64,000 nucleotides of DNA. Source: a bacterium (GTDB lineage: Bacteria > Elusimicrobiota > Elusimicrobia > Elusimicrobiales > UBA9959). Of this stretch, positions 1 to 8,975 are shown piece by piece. The DNA lies in the NCBI GenBank assembly GCA_021811315.1, contig JAJZPF010000005.1:5543-69542 (forward strand), read 5' to 3'. A program made the position numbers and the translations under genes. The number at the start of each line of letters is the position of its first letter. Positions within the stretch are counted from its first letter, which is position 1. The notes beneath the pieces were generated by a model, which saw only the letters and a list, made by a program, of their open reading frames with translations, made no database searches and was not told the origin of the DNA.

Positions 1-4
1 CAAG

Positions 5-1039
5 ATGGAGATAGTTTTCAAGCGCATCAAGGAAGGCGCCATCCTCACCGACGTCGCCGGCGAGATAATCATCATAAACAGCTCGGCGAAAGTCTATCTC
101 GAGCATGAGAAATACAAGTTCGGGAACATCAAGGACGCCTTCCACAATTTCGAGACGAAGCCCGCCCTGGAAACCATAATGGGCGGCGAGGAACCCGTCG
201 CCAAGCTCGAGCTTTACCGCGAGAAGCCCAAGCGGTTCTACCTCGACTGCTCGGCTATCAAGCTTTTCAAGGAAGACAAGGACGGCAACGAGATAACGGA
301 GGGCCGGCTCTGGATCCTGTCCGACGTCACCGCCCAGCGGCTCGAAGAGCGCATGGCCCGCAATTTCCTCTCGCTGATCTCCCACAAGTTCAAGACCCCG
401 CTGGCCTGCATCAACGGCTACGCGCAGATACTCCGCGACGAATCCGCGTCCAAAGGGCTCCCCGAGATGGTGCAGAAATCCTCCGCCACCATCTTCGGCC
501 AGGGCCAGAAGCTGAACGGGCTGGTGGAAAGCCTGCTCGATTTCGTCACCATCGACAGCCTGGACGCCGCCTCGCTGGAAAAGATGGAGTTCGACGCTAC
601 CGACTTCCTGGAGGAAATAGCGGAAGACGCCAGGGGAAGGTTCAAGGAAACCGGCGGCCTGACAATCAAGACCGTGACGCCAGAGGCGGTAAAAGTAAAG
701 GCGGACCGCAAGATCATAGCCGCCGCCGTTAAAGCCCTGATAGACAATGCCGTGAAGTTCAACCAGGGCAAGGACAAGCTGGTCATCCTTTCCTCCCAGT
801 CCAGGGACGGGTACGCCCTCCTTTCCGTAGGCGACAACGGCCCCGGCATCCCCGGGGAAGAGCTGGAGAATATCTTCCACAGGTTCTACCAGGTGGAAGC
901 CTCCTTCACCGGCCAGGTGGAAGGCTGGGGCCTCGGCCTGGCGCTGGTAAAGAAGATAGCGGAAGTGCACGGCGGCCGCGTCTTCGCCAAATCCCAGCTG
1001 CAGAAAGGCTCCGCTTTTACTTTAGCCCTCCCGAATTAA
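5..1039 (+). CDS. PAS-like/HisKA/HATPase sensor histidine kinase, probably 5'-truncated by the window edge
   Basis: H-box LISHKFKTPL, N-box LIDNAVKF, G1 DNGPGI, F-box IFHRFYQ, G2 GWGLGL. Confidence 0.9.
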   Translation: MEIVFKRIKEGAILTDVAGEIIIINSSAKVYLEHEKYKFGNIKDAFHNFETKPALETIMGGEEPVAKLELYREKPKRFYLDCSAIKLFKEDKDGNEITEGRLWILSDVTAQRLEERMARNFLSLISHKFKTPLACINGYAQILRDESASKGLPEMVQKSSATIFGQGQKLNGLVESLLDFVTIDSLDAASLEKMEFDATDFLEEIAEDARGRFKETGGLTIKTVTPEAVKVKADRKIIAAAVKALIDNAVKFNQGKDKLVILSSQSRDGYALLSVGDNGPGIPGEELENIFHRFYQVEASFTGQVEGWGLGLALVKKIAEVHGGRVFAKSQLQKGSAFTLALPN

Positions 1040-1051
1040 CCCTGCCAACGC

Positions 1052-1088
1052 AAAAAAGAGGCCGGCTTCATCAGCCGGCCTCTTTTTT
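1052..1088. terminator. Bidirectional rho-independent terminator
   Basis: aaaaaagaggccggct-tcatc-agccggcctctttttt, a perfect inverted repeat with A/T tails between convergent genes. Confidence 0.9.
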
Positions 1089-1113
1089 TATCGTTCCGCG
1101 CCGCGCGCGGGGG

Positions 1114-2352
1114 TCAGACCAAATTATTATCCGTAAGGAGTTTCCTCAATTCGGTAATATCCGGGTTTATCACGTAGGGCTTGCCTACGGACTGCATCGC
1201 GCTCTGTATGTCTTTCAGGCCGTTGCCGGTGATCAGCAGCACCACGGACTCGTTCTCTTTCACGCGGCCTTCCTTGACGGCCTTGAGGAGGCCGGCGTAG
1301 GTGGCGGCGGCGGCCGGTTCGGCGAAGACGTTCGAGCCGCGCGCTATCCGGGGGATCGCGTCCAGGATCTCCGCGTCGGAAACGCTTACCGCGAAACCGC
1401 CGGAATCTTTTATCGCCATCACGGCGGCCATGCCGTCGCGGGGCAGGCTGACGGAGATGCTGTCCGCTATCGTCTTGCCCGAAACCGGCTGCACGTCCGT
1501 GCCGGACTCGAAAGCTCGCTTGATCGAATCCGAGCCCTCGGCCTGCACCGCGACCAGCTGCGGCAGGCGCTCGATGATGCCGAGGCGGTGGAACTCCACG
1601 AAGCCTTTCCAGATGCCGCTTATGATATTGCCGTCGCCCACGGGGACGAAAACCTTGTCCGGCGTTTCCCAGTTCATCTGCTCGCAGATCTCGAAAGCGC
1701 AGGTCTTCTTGCCCTCGCGGGTGAAAGGGTTGATACCGGTGCTGCGGTTGTACCAGCCATACTCGGACGAGGCCTTCAGGCACAGGTCGAAAGCGTCGTC
1801 ATAGGTGCCCTTCACCATGATGACCGTCGCGCCGAAGACCAGGAGCTGGGCCACCTTGGGCGCCGGCGCGGTCTCGGGCACGAAGATCACGGTCTTCATG
1901 ACCAGGCTGCCGGTCAGGCAGGCCAGCGAGGCCGCGGCGTTGCCGGTGGAAGCGGTGGTGATGACCTTTTCCTTCAGTTCCATAGCCCGGGCTATGACCA
2001 CGGCGCTGGCCCTGTCCTTGAAAGAGGCGCTGGGATTGCGGCCGTCGTCCTTTATATAAAGGTTAGGCACGCCGCACTCGGCCCCGAGCTTCTCGGCGCG
2101 GTAAAGCGGCGTCCAGCCGACCTGCACCGGCGGAACGTTCTTCAGGTTCGAAATAGGCAGGATGTCGATATAACGCCAGATGCTTCGCTCGGGATTGTCC
2201 TTAAGCACCTCGTAATTGAGCCGCTTCTTTATAAGGTTATAATCGTAAAGCACCTGCAGATTGCCGCCGCAGGAGCTGCAATTGTACTTGGCTTCGGTAA
2301 GCTTATGGTCTTTTCCGCAGCGGATGCACTGCAAAGTCTTGATTTTCTTCAT
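1114..2352 (-). CDS. thrC: Threonine synthase-like PLP enzyme (fold type II) with N-terminal Zn ribbon
   Basis: CIRC..CSSC, NPSASFKDR (PLP lysine), ASTGNAA, VPVGDG, EPAAA, ITGNGLKD. Confidence 0.8.
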   Translation of the reverse strand: MKKIKTLQCIRCGKDHKLTEAKYNCSSCGGNLQVLYDYNLIKKRLNYEVLKDNPERSIWRYIDILPISNLKNVPPVQVGWTPLYRAEKLGAECGVPNLYIKDDGRNPSASFKDRASAVVIARAMELKEKVITTASTGNAAASLACLTGSLVMKTVIFVPETAPAPKVAQLLVFGATVIMVKGTYDDAFDLCLKASSEYGWYNRSTGINPFTREGKKTCAFEICEQMNWETPDKVFVPVGDGNIISGIWKGFVEFHRLGIIERLPQLVAVQAEGSDSIKRAFESGTDVQPVSGKTIADSISVSLPRDGMAAVMAIKDSGGFAVSVSDAEILDAIPRIARGSNVFAEPAAAATYAGLLKAVKEGRVKENESVVLLITGNGLKDIQSAMQSVGKPYVINPDITELRKLLTDNNLV

Positions 2353-2362
2353 AGTTCCTTGA

Positions 2363-2818
2363 TTAAAGAGCTTCCTTAAAATAGACTGCGACGGGGCGGC
2401 CGGGCGCCGTTTTTTCCAGCAGGAGCAGCATGGGCGTGCAGGCCTGGTGCTTGCTGCCCGTGAAGAGCGGCATCCTGGCGTGATTAGACACGGCGAGGCG
2501 CTTGTTCTCGTCGCCGTCCAGGGTAACGGCCTCCTGGCTCCTGTTCTGCACGCACCAGATCACGGGCTTGCCCTCGGCGCCCGCCGGGTCGGCGAGGACT
2601 TTTTCATAAGTAAGCCCGAGCTCTTTCGCTTTTTCCAGCAGCGGGGAGATAGCCTCGGAGCGGGTATGGCTGATGGACAATCCGGTAAAGACGTCCGGAA
2701 GCCAGAGGGAAACGGCCCAGAGCCCGATCACGGCCATGACCGGGTAAACAACGAATTTGCGCAGCTGCTTGTAATTCACGACAGGGTCCGCAGGCCGGCC
2801 TTTTTCTTCAGTGTTCAT
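2363..2818 (-). CDS. Hypothetical protein with one N-terminal TM helix
   Basis: 151-aa ORF packed between co-oriented genes (4- and 10-nt gaps); hydrophobic VVYPVMAVIGLWAVSLWL. Confidence 0.7.
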   Translation of the reverse strand: MNTEEKGRPADPVVNYKQLRKFVVYPVMAVIGLWAVSLWLPDVFTGLSISHTRSEAISPLLEKAKELGLTYEKVLADPAGAEGKPVIWCVQNRSQEAVTLDGDENKRLAVSNHARMPLFTGSKHQACTPMLLLLEKTAPGRPVAVYFKEAL

Positions 2819-2822
2819 ATTA

Positions 2823-3923
2823 TTAACCGGGCAGCACCGTCGTGCCGGCTTTCCCGGCCAGGGTTTCCTCGAAGAGGTCGGTCTTCGAGATATAAGCCAC
2901 GCTCCCGCCGCCCTTCACGAATTCTATGACGGCTTTTATCTTGGGGCCCATTGAACCGGCGGGGAAAGGCGGCGGAACCTGGTTGTAGAGGGCCTCCAGC
3001 TCGGAGACCTTTATAACCCGCAGGCTCTTCTCGTCCGGCTTCTGGTAATTCAGCTTGGCGCCGTCCTCGCCGGTGAAGATGGTGAGGCTGACCTCCACTT
3101 CTTCGCCGCGGGCTTTCGCGCGCTTCATCAGCATATTGCCCAGCAGGGCGCTCGCCAGGTCCTTGTCTATCACGGCCTCCACGCCGGTGTACATCTTGAG
3201 CGCCTTCGCGCCTTTGGCGGGCTTGGTGAACTTCACGTTATAATTGGTGGTATAGGTTTCCCTGCCGTCTTTGACCTCCGGGGTCACTTCGCGCACCGGG
3301 ATGCCGCCGCCGCCGACCGTTATCGGGACTATCCCCTTGTCGAGCAGCGCCTCGATAGCGTCTATCTCCACGATATCCACCGGCACGGGGGAAGGGACCA
3401 CGCGGCGCCAGATCTCTTTGCCGGAGGCGTCCTTCTTGTAAAGCTTCATGGTCCAGCCGTCGGCCGTGCGCTGCTTGGCCTCCTCGGCATTGTAGGACTG
3501 GCCTATGTATTTGGAGGGGTTCTTGAAGTCGGGGTCGTCCTTGTCCACCACCACCTGGGTGACTATCCCGGCCACGATATTGTCTATGCCGCGGATGTTC
3601 AGCTCGTTATTGAGCTGGGCCAGCATGAAGGCCATCGCGCCCTGCGTGTCGGCGACGCAGACGTCGAGCGGCAGCGGCGGGAGGGCCGGGCGGCACATCT
3701 CGGCGCGCTGAAGCACGTTGCCCACCTGCGGGCCGTTGCCGTGAGTCATCACGTAGCGGTCCTCAGGGTGCTTCTCGAAAATATCGGCGACCAGCTTGCC
3801 GGTCTCGGCCGTGCGCTGCCACTGCATGGCTATGTCGGGGTTTATGGCCTTGCCGTCCTTGTCCTTGAGGCCGACCGGGGAAACTTCATTTCCGCCGAAG
3901 GCGAAGATCCTTATTTGTTTCAT
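2823..3923 (-). CDS. arcC: Carbamate kinase (ArcC/YqeA family)
   Basis: AFGGN, THGNGPQVG, NPSKYIG, WRRVVPSP, GGGGIPV, GVEAVIDKD, GSMGPK. Confidence 0.92.
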   Translation of the reverse strand: MKQIRIFAFGGNEVSPVGLKDKDGKAINPDIAMQWQRTAETGKLVADIFEKHPEDRYVMTHGNGPQVGNVLQRAEMCRPALPPLPLDVCVADTQGAMAFMLAQLNNELNIRGIDNIVAGIVTQVVVDKDDPDFKNPSKYIGQSYNAEEAKQRTADGWTMKLYKKDASGKEIWRRVVPSPVPVDIVEIDAIEALLDKGIVPITVGGGGIPVREVTPEVKDGRETYTTNYNVKFTKPAKGAKALKMYTGVEAVIDKDLASALLGNMLMKRAKARGEEVEVSLTIFTGEDGAKLNYQKPDEKSLRVIKVSELEALYNQVPPPFPAGSMGPKIKAVIEFVKGGGSVAYISKTDLFEETLAGKAGTTVLPG

Positions 3924-4669
3924 TGTGGTAGCTCCTGGTTGCTCGATTGCGGCGCTTCGCTCCGCGCCTGGTTCGCGTTCACTAGACCTGTGCTTGAACC
4001 TGAATTGTGTCGCTCCGCTCCACCCATAAATTCAAGGGCCGCCTGCCGCACCGCGCCGGTAAATCTTGCCAGCTCCTCGCCGTCCCTTTCAAGCCTGGCC
4101 AGCAGGCGCAGGGTTATTTCCAGCTGCACGCCCCCGGCCGAAGCCCGGTTCACTATATTTTTAGGGGAAGTCCCGGCCAGGCGCGCGCAGGGGGTTACGG
4201 CGGCGAAACCGGCGTCCTCCAGCCGCTTCGTCACCAGCGCCGCGGCGGCTTTATTGGCTCCTCCCACGCAGACCCAGCTGCCGTTGTCCGCCTGCGCGTG
4301 CAGAGAGAGGCCGAGCGTCCCGGAGGCCGCCAGTTTTACCGCGTCCGGATCGTCAAAATGAGTGGCGGTCACGTGCAGGCGGCCGCTCTCTTTTCCCTGC
4401 CAGCCGCTGAAAATATAAAGGTTGAAATCCCGGCCGGCTATGCCGCGGGCGAGGCGGGAGGTGGCGCGCTCGATATCCCCCCCGTGCAGCGCGAAAACGG
4501 AAACCCGGGAGCCGCGGTCGTAAACTTCCCGCGAATAATCCAGCCCCTCGACGTTGGCTGCTTTGAGAGCGGCGAAGTCGGGATAGGCGTCGCCGCCGCG
4601 GCGCAGGGCGGAGCCCCCCGCGGAGCAGGCGGTCAGAAGCAGGAAGAAAAGCGGCAGAAGGGTCTTCAT
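3920..4669 (-). CDS. Poly-gamma-glutamate hydrolase family (PghP-like) lipoprotein
   Basis: Lipobox LLTAC; HGGDIE, LHVTATHFDDP, SLH, NIVNR, GVQLE motifs. Confidence 0.8.
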   Translation of the reverse strand: MKTLLPLFFLLLTACSAGGSALRRGGDAYPDFAALKAANVEGLDYSREVYDRGSRVSVFALHGGDIERATSRLARGIAGRDFNLYIFSGWQGKESGRLHVTATHFDDPDAVKLAASGTLGLSLHAQADNGSWVCVGGANKAAAALVTKRLEDAGFAAVTPCARLAGTSPKNIVNRASAGGVQLEITLRLLARLERDGEELARFTGAVRQAALEFMGGAERHNSGSSTGLVNANQARSEAPQSSNQELPQ

Positions 4670-4727
4670 TTATCGCGAACACCCGGGCCTTCCCGGGCTA
4701 TCCATATAATATAAAAAATAAGGCCTT

Positions 4728-5621
4728 TTAATCTTTGAGCGGGAGGGGCTTCAGCTCCGCCGCCCCGTAGCGCCGCAAATACGGCTTCATCAGCCCCACG
4801 CAGACTTCCCTGTCCCGGCAGCCGGAACAGGCGGGCGGATAGGCCCGGTCTTCGGGCGGAAGGCTCACTATGGCCAGCCTGCGCAGCGCCGGCAAAAGCA
4901 GGCAGCGGGGGAAATGGTAAAGGCGCGCCTCCCCGAAACCCGCCAGGGAGCTTTTGCAGGCATTGACCCGCTTCGCGGTGGCGGAAAGCCGCACTTCCAG
5001 TTTTTTGCGGTTTTTAACCCCGCTCCCCTCCGCCTCGTAATGCATCACCACCACGCGGTACCGCCTGCCGCGCATCAGCCGCTTTATAAAGCCAAGGGTC
5101 GCGCCGAGCCGCCGGTAATTAAGCCTGTGCAGTATCACCCTTATCTCGATCAAAGGCGCCGCCTGCAGGGCCAGCAGGTTTTTAAGGCCGAGCAGGGTTT
5201 CTTTAAAAGCGCCCTTTACCCCGGCCACCGCGTCATGCGCCGCCGCCGTAGGGCCGTGGATGGAAACCGCAAGCGTAAAAGGCGGCCTTGCCGCCGCGGC
5301 AAAAGCGGCGGCGAAATCCGGGTCCGAGAAGCGCCGGCCATTTGAAAGCAAAGTCAGTTCCTCGCCTTCCAGCCGCCGCCTGAAATAGTTTATAGCCTTC
5401 AGAAAATCCGGGTTCAGCGTGGGCTCGCCGCCGGTCAGGTTCCAGGCGCCGGCCGTGCGCGCGTTCTTCCTGTAAGCCCCGGCCCCGCGCAGGTACTTCT
5501 CCAGCCTGTAAGCCTGCTTGAGCAGGCCGTAATCGCCGGGCGTATTCAGGCTGAAGCCGGCCGTATTGGCGCACATCAGGCACTTGTTATTGCATTTGTT
5601 CCAGACGGGGATATCGGGCAT
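4728..5621 (-). CDS. HxsC-like radical SAM protein
   Basis: CNNKCLMC, LTGGEPT, LSNGR, HDAV, C-terminal FPRCL...CSGCRDREVCVG. Confidence 0.75.
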   Translation of the reverse strand: MPDIPVWNKCNNKCLMCANTAGFSLNTPGDYGLLKQAYRLEKYLRGAGAYRKNARTAGAWNLTGGEPTLNPDFLKAINYFRRRLEGEELTLLSNGRRFSDPDFAAAFAAAARPPFTLAVSIHGPTAAAHDAVAGVKGAFKETLLGLKNLLALQAAPLIEIRVILHRLNYRRLGATLGFIKRLMRGRRYRVVVMHYEAEGSGVKNRKKLEVRLSATAKRVNACKSSLAGFGEARLYHFPRCLLLPALRRLAIVSLPPEDRAYPPACSGCRDREVCVGLMKPYLRRYGAAELKPLPLKD

Positions 5622-6089
5622 TGCGGAAAATCTATCTATCTCTTTTCGCGCGCTTTATTACGGAAGGCCCCGGCTTGCGCGCGTCAGCCAGGAAGGCTTC
5701 GTCTCCGTCGGCCCTGGGCTGAAAAACATCCCGCGGCAGCCCGGGCCGGCAAAAAACAGGCAAAATCCAGGATCTTTCTTCATCGAGGCCGCCAATCAAT
5801 AATATAAAATTTGCCAGGGCCTTGTTCTGCCTGGCCTGAACCGGAACATCTCCCTGGCCGATTCTGTCGACAATTCCGACCTTCCCGGTTACTTCCCGGC
5901 TCCTCATACGATCTTGGTCCTTTCAGCGATTCTCATGCGGCCCGGACATAACCGCCCGAACTTTATATAATGGATTCTGTATTTAAACGCATTACCGGCC
6001 GGCGCCTCTTGGAAGCCGGGGGAGGCCCGTAAGTTGTAAATATCGCGGGGGATAGCGGAAATTCTATTAACGCCGCAGCCGTAAAAAAT

Positions 6090-7928
6090 ATGATATTCGG
6101 AATTCTAAGCCTTAACCAGCGCGGCAATGCCGCTCTTATACAGAAAGCGCTCAAGAAAGCCGGGGCCTCCTGGCCTGGCGGCGACTTGTACTCCGGAAGC
6201 AATATCGGGTTCCGGTGCAGCGCCGGCAGCGACGGCTTTTTTGAGGATACAGATAAGAACGCCAGCGTCATTTATAGCGGGAAAATATATAACTATTCCG
6301 AATTAAGGGGCGAACTGGAGGCGGCGGGCGCTAAATTCAGGTCGCGCCTGGAAAGCGAGCTCGTCCTGCGCGCCTATGACGCCTGGGGCGCCGGCTGCCA
6401 GGAGCGCTTCAACGGGGAATGGGCTTTCGCCGCCTGGAACGGCCGGACGAAGCAGCTTTTCTGTTCCCGCGACAGGTTCGGGCTCAGCTCTTTTTATTAT
6501 TTTATCGACAAGGATCTCTTCGCTTTCGGGTCAACGGCCAAAATACTTTTCTCCTGTCAGTCCATAAAAAAAGAGCCGGACCATAAAGCCGTCTTCCACT
6601 ACCTGGCGGAGAATAATTCCGAATTTCCCGGCGGAACCTTCTTCAAGGGGATAAAACCGCTGGAGGCCGGCTGCAGCATCCTGCTGTCCCCGGGAAAGAA
6701 GCCGGCGCATAAACGGTATTACGCCCCGAAATATAACCCTGAAATGGGCGAATTCAGCGAGAAAGCCTTAAAAAAGCACTCCGCTGAATTCCTGGAACTT
6801 CTGAAGAGCGCAATAAAAACACAAATGTCCCCCCCCGGTCCTGCGGGGATCATGCTTTCCGGCGGGCTGGATTCCTCCGCGATGGCCTGCCTGGCCGGCG
6901 GTTTTAAGACGGGCGGAGCGTCCGGCCCCGGGAAACCGGAACTTTTCAGCATCGACTGGGAGGAAGAAGCCGAATATATAAAGGCGGTGGCCGGGGCGGT
7001 AAGCTTCAAACACTGCGTCATCAGCCCGGAGGAAGTTGCGGAACTGCCGTGGGAGGAGATGGAAAAAAGGGTCCTGGCTTCCGAAATACCTTTTAATTCG
7101 CAGAGCGATATCGGCCACATCCGGATCCAGCAAAGAGCGGAGAAAGCGAATATTAAAGTGCTCCTGGACGGCAACGGCGCGGACGAACTGGTGGCCGGCT
7201 ACCCCGAAAGATATTTCAACTCGTATTTGAACCAGATCATCTGCGCCAAGGATCTCCCCCGGTTCGAGAGGGAATTCAAGACGGTTTTCGCCGGCCGCCT
7301 GCGCGAGTTCGGTATCGACGGGGAAATGCCCCCCGGCTTCTACAAGATATTCTTAAGGAGCCAGTCCAGCGCGCCGCAATTATCGGAATACTTCAGCGGC
7401 GAAACCGTAGACCAGTCCTTTCTACGCAACTGCGCGCCGCAGGCCGGGCCGCAGCCGGGACTGCCCCTGAGCCTCCAGCAGGACCTTTGGCGGGATACGC
7501 TTGGCCTGGCGAACTGGCACATCCCGATACGCCCCATAAAGTACCGCTACCCTTTCCTGGACCACCGCCTGGCGGAGTACGCTTTTTCCCTGCCCGCCTG
7601 CTACAAGATCCACGGCGGCTGGACGAAGTTCGTAATGAGGACGGCGCTGGACGGGATCCTTCCCAAAAAAGTCTGCTGGAGGAAGGACAAAGTGGGGGGC
7701 ACCGTCCCTATCTATACCTGGAAGGTTTTCCTGACGCGGAACAAGAAGAAGCTGAAGGAGATCCTCTCGGCGCGGAACTTCCGTTCCGGGGAATTCCTGA
7801 ACCAAAAAGCCATCCTTCGCAGATTCGACGCTCTTTTCGAAGCGGCCGTTTCTTCAGATACCTCGGACGTTTCCGGGCTGTGGCGGTTCGTCAATTTGGA
7901 ACTGTGGCTCGGCGAGAATATGCGCTAA
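6090..7928 (+). CDS. Asparagine synthetase (AsnB)-like ATP-dependent amide ligase lacking the N-terminal catalytic Cys
   Basis: IYNYSELR, FNGEWAF, RDRFG, LSGGLDSS, GNGADEL, YPFLDHRL; N-terminus MIFGIL. Confidence 0.85.
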   Translation: MIFGILSLNQRGNAALIQKALKKAGASWPGGDLYSGSNIGFRCSAGSDGFFEDTDKNASVIYSGKIYNYSELRGELEAAGAKFRSRLESELVLRAYDAWGAGCQERFNGEWAFAAWNGRTKQLFCSRDRFGLSSFYYFIDKDLFAFGSTAKILFSCQSIKKEPDHKAVFHYLAENNSEFPGGTFFKGIKPLEAGCSILLSPGKKPAHKRYYAPKYNPEMGEFSEKALKKHSAEFLELLKSAIKTQMSPPGPAGIMLSGGLDSSAMACLAGGFKTGGASGPGKPELFSIDWEEEAEYIKAVAGAVSFKHCVISPEEVAELPWEEMEKRVLASEIPFNSQSDIGHIRIQQRAEKANIKVLLDGNGADELVAGYPERYFNSYLNQIICAKDLPRFEREFKTVFAGRLREFGIDGEMPPGFYKIFLRSQSSAPQLSEYFSGETVDQSFLRNCAPQAGPQPGLPLSLQQDLWRDTLGLANWHIPIRPIKYRYPFLDHRLAEYAFSLPACYKIHGGWTKFVMRTALDGILPKKVCWRKDKVGGTVPIYTWKVFLTRNKKKLKEILSARNFRSGEFLNQKAILRRFDALFEAAVSSDTSDVSGLWRFVNLELWLGENMR

Positions 7929-7933
7929 CGGAG

Positions 7934-8953
7934 CTAGAAGCTCCTTTTAGGGTACTGGAGCGCCGCCTCGAACAGCGGTTTCAGCCCGCTCCTGTCGATG
8001 TCGGCCTTGTTTTTCGAAGAGCTGTACGCGGCTTCTATCCCGTTCTTAAGGGTTATTATTTCCCCCACGTTCTCGTGCAGGCGCTTTACGGCGCTCTCGG
8101 CGTGAGAGAAGCAGATGCGGTCGAAGCCGAGGGCTTTGTACTTCCGCATGAACAGCGCCGCTTCCTTTAAATTTTCCCTGACCAGCGTCATATGCCCGTG
8201 GATCACCGTAGCGCTGTGAAACTCCTTCCTGTATTTCTTCAGTCTCCGGATATTTCCAAGCACCGTCTCCCATTTTGAGCCGACATTCACCCGCTCATGG
8301 GTTTCTTTGGTCGCCGCGTTGATCGAAATATAAATAAACAAAGAGTTCCTGACGATCTTTTGCGCCCATTCGTCGGTTATCAGCATGCCGTTGGATAAAA
8401 AAGAAACAGTCTTTCCCTGCGAGGCGGCATGGTCGAAGAATTTTTTCGCCGGCTCGATGAACAAAGGCTCTCCGCCTTCTATCGCTATATTCTGAAAAGG
8501 GCCGAGATCCAGGTTTTTCTTGAACCTCTCCAGGTCCAACGTCCGGCTCCCGACATGAGCCTGGGTGCACATCAGGCACCTGATATTGCAGGACTCCCCG
8601 AAACGCAGGTTGAGCTGTTTAAGGCCGCTATAGGCGATCTTCAGCGGCTTGGCGGCCGGCGGCGGCGGGATGGCCGCTTTGTTAAGGAGATGGCAGCGGG
8701 CGTAACATTTCAGGGCGCCGCTCAGGGACAACTTTCTCAGCGCCTGGACCGCCCTTGAATTGCAGATCTTCGATAGCGGGGTTTTATAAATATCGCCGAA
8801 AGGCACGGCTTCGGGGCAGACGCAGGCGTAGACCCGGCCTTCATGATCTATATGAATTTCTTCCCAGAGCCTGGGGCAGTAGGTTCGTGCGCGGATCTTG
8901 CGCGGCGGTATCGACATAAAGATAGACGCTTGTTTTCCTGTACCGGCCTTCAT
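7934..8953 (-). CDS. Radical SAM protein with N-terminal SPASM/twitch-like domain
   Basis: CPRLW..GRVYACVC..CYARC precedes CNIRCLMC and GGEP. Confidence 0.82.
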   Translation of the reverse strand: MKAGTGKQASIFMSIPPRKIRARTYCPRLWEEIHIDHEGRVYACVCPEAVPFGDIYKTPLSKICNSRAVQALRKLSLSGALKCYARCHLLNKAAIPPPPAAKPLKIAYSGLKQLNLRFGESCNIRCLMCTQAHVGSRTLDLERFKKNLDLGPFQNIAIEGGEPLFIEPAKKFFDHAASQGKTVSFLSNGMLITDEWAQKIVRNSLFIYISINAATKETHERVNVGSKWETVLGNIRRLKKYRKEFHSATVIHGHMTLVRENLKEAALFMRKYKALGFDRICFSHAESAVKRLHENVGEIITLKNGIEAAYSSSKNKADIDRSGLKPLFEAALQYPKRSF

Positions 8954-8975
8954 TCCCGCTTCAGGCGGGCCGCAG

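Noticed and set aside
5-1039. Atypical H-box HKFKTP as a pseudokinase sign or as regulator of the cluster
   Set aside because: Phospho-His and all ATP-lid motifs are intact; separated from the cluster by a terminator and unrelated genes
5632-5907. 91-aa ORF upstream of the HxsC-like gene as possible HxsD
   Set aside because: No resemblance I can recognise; may be non-coding divergent promoter region
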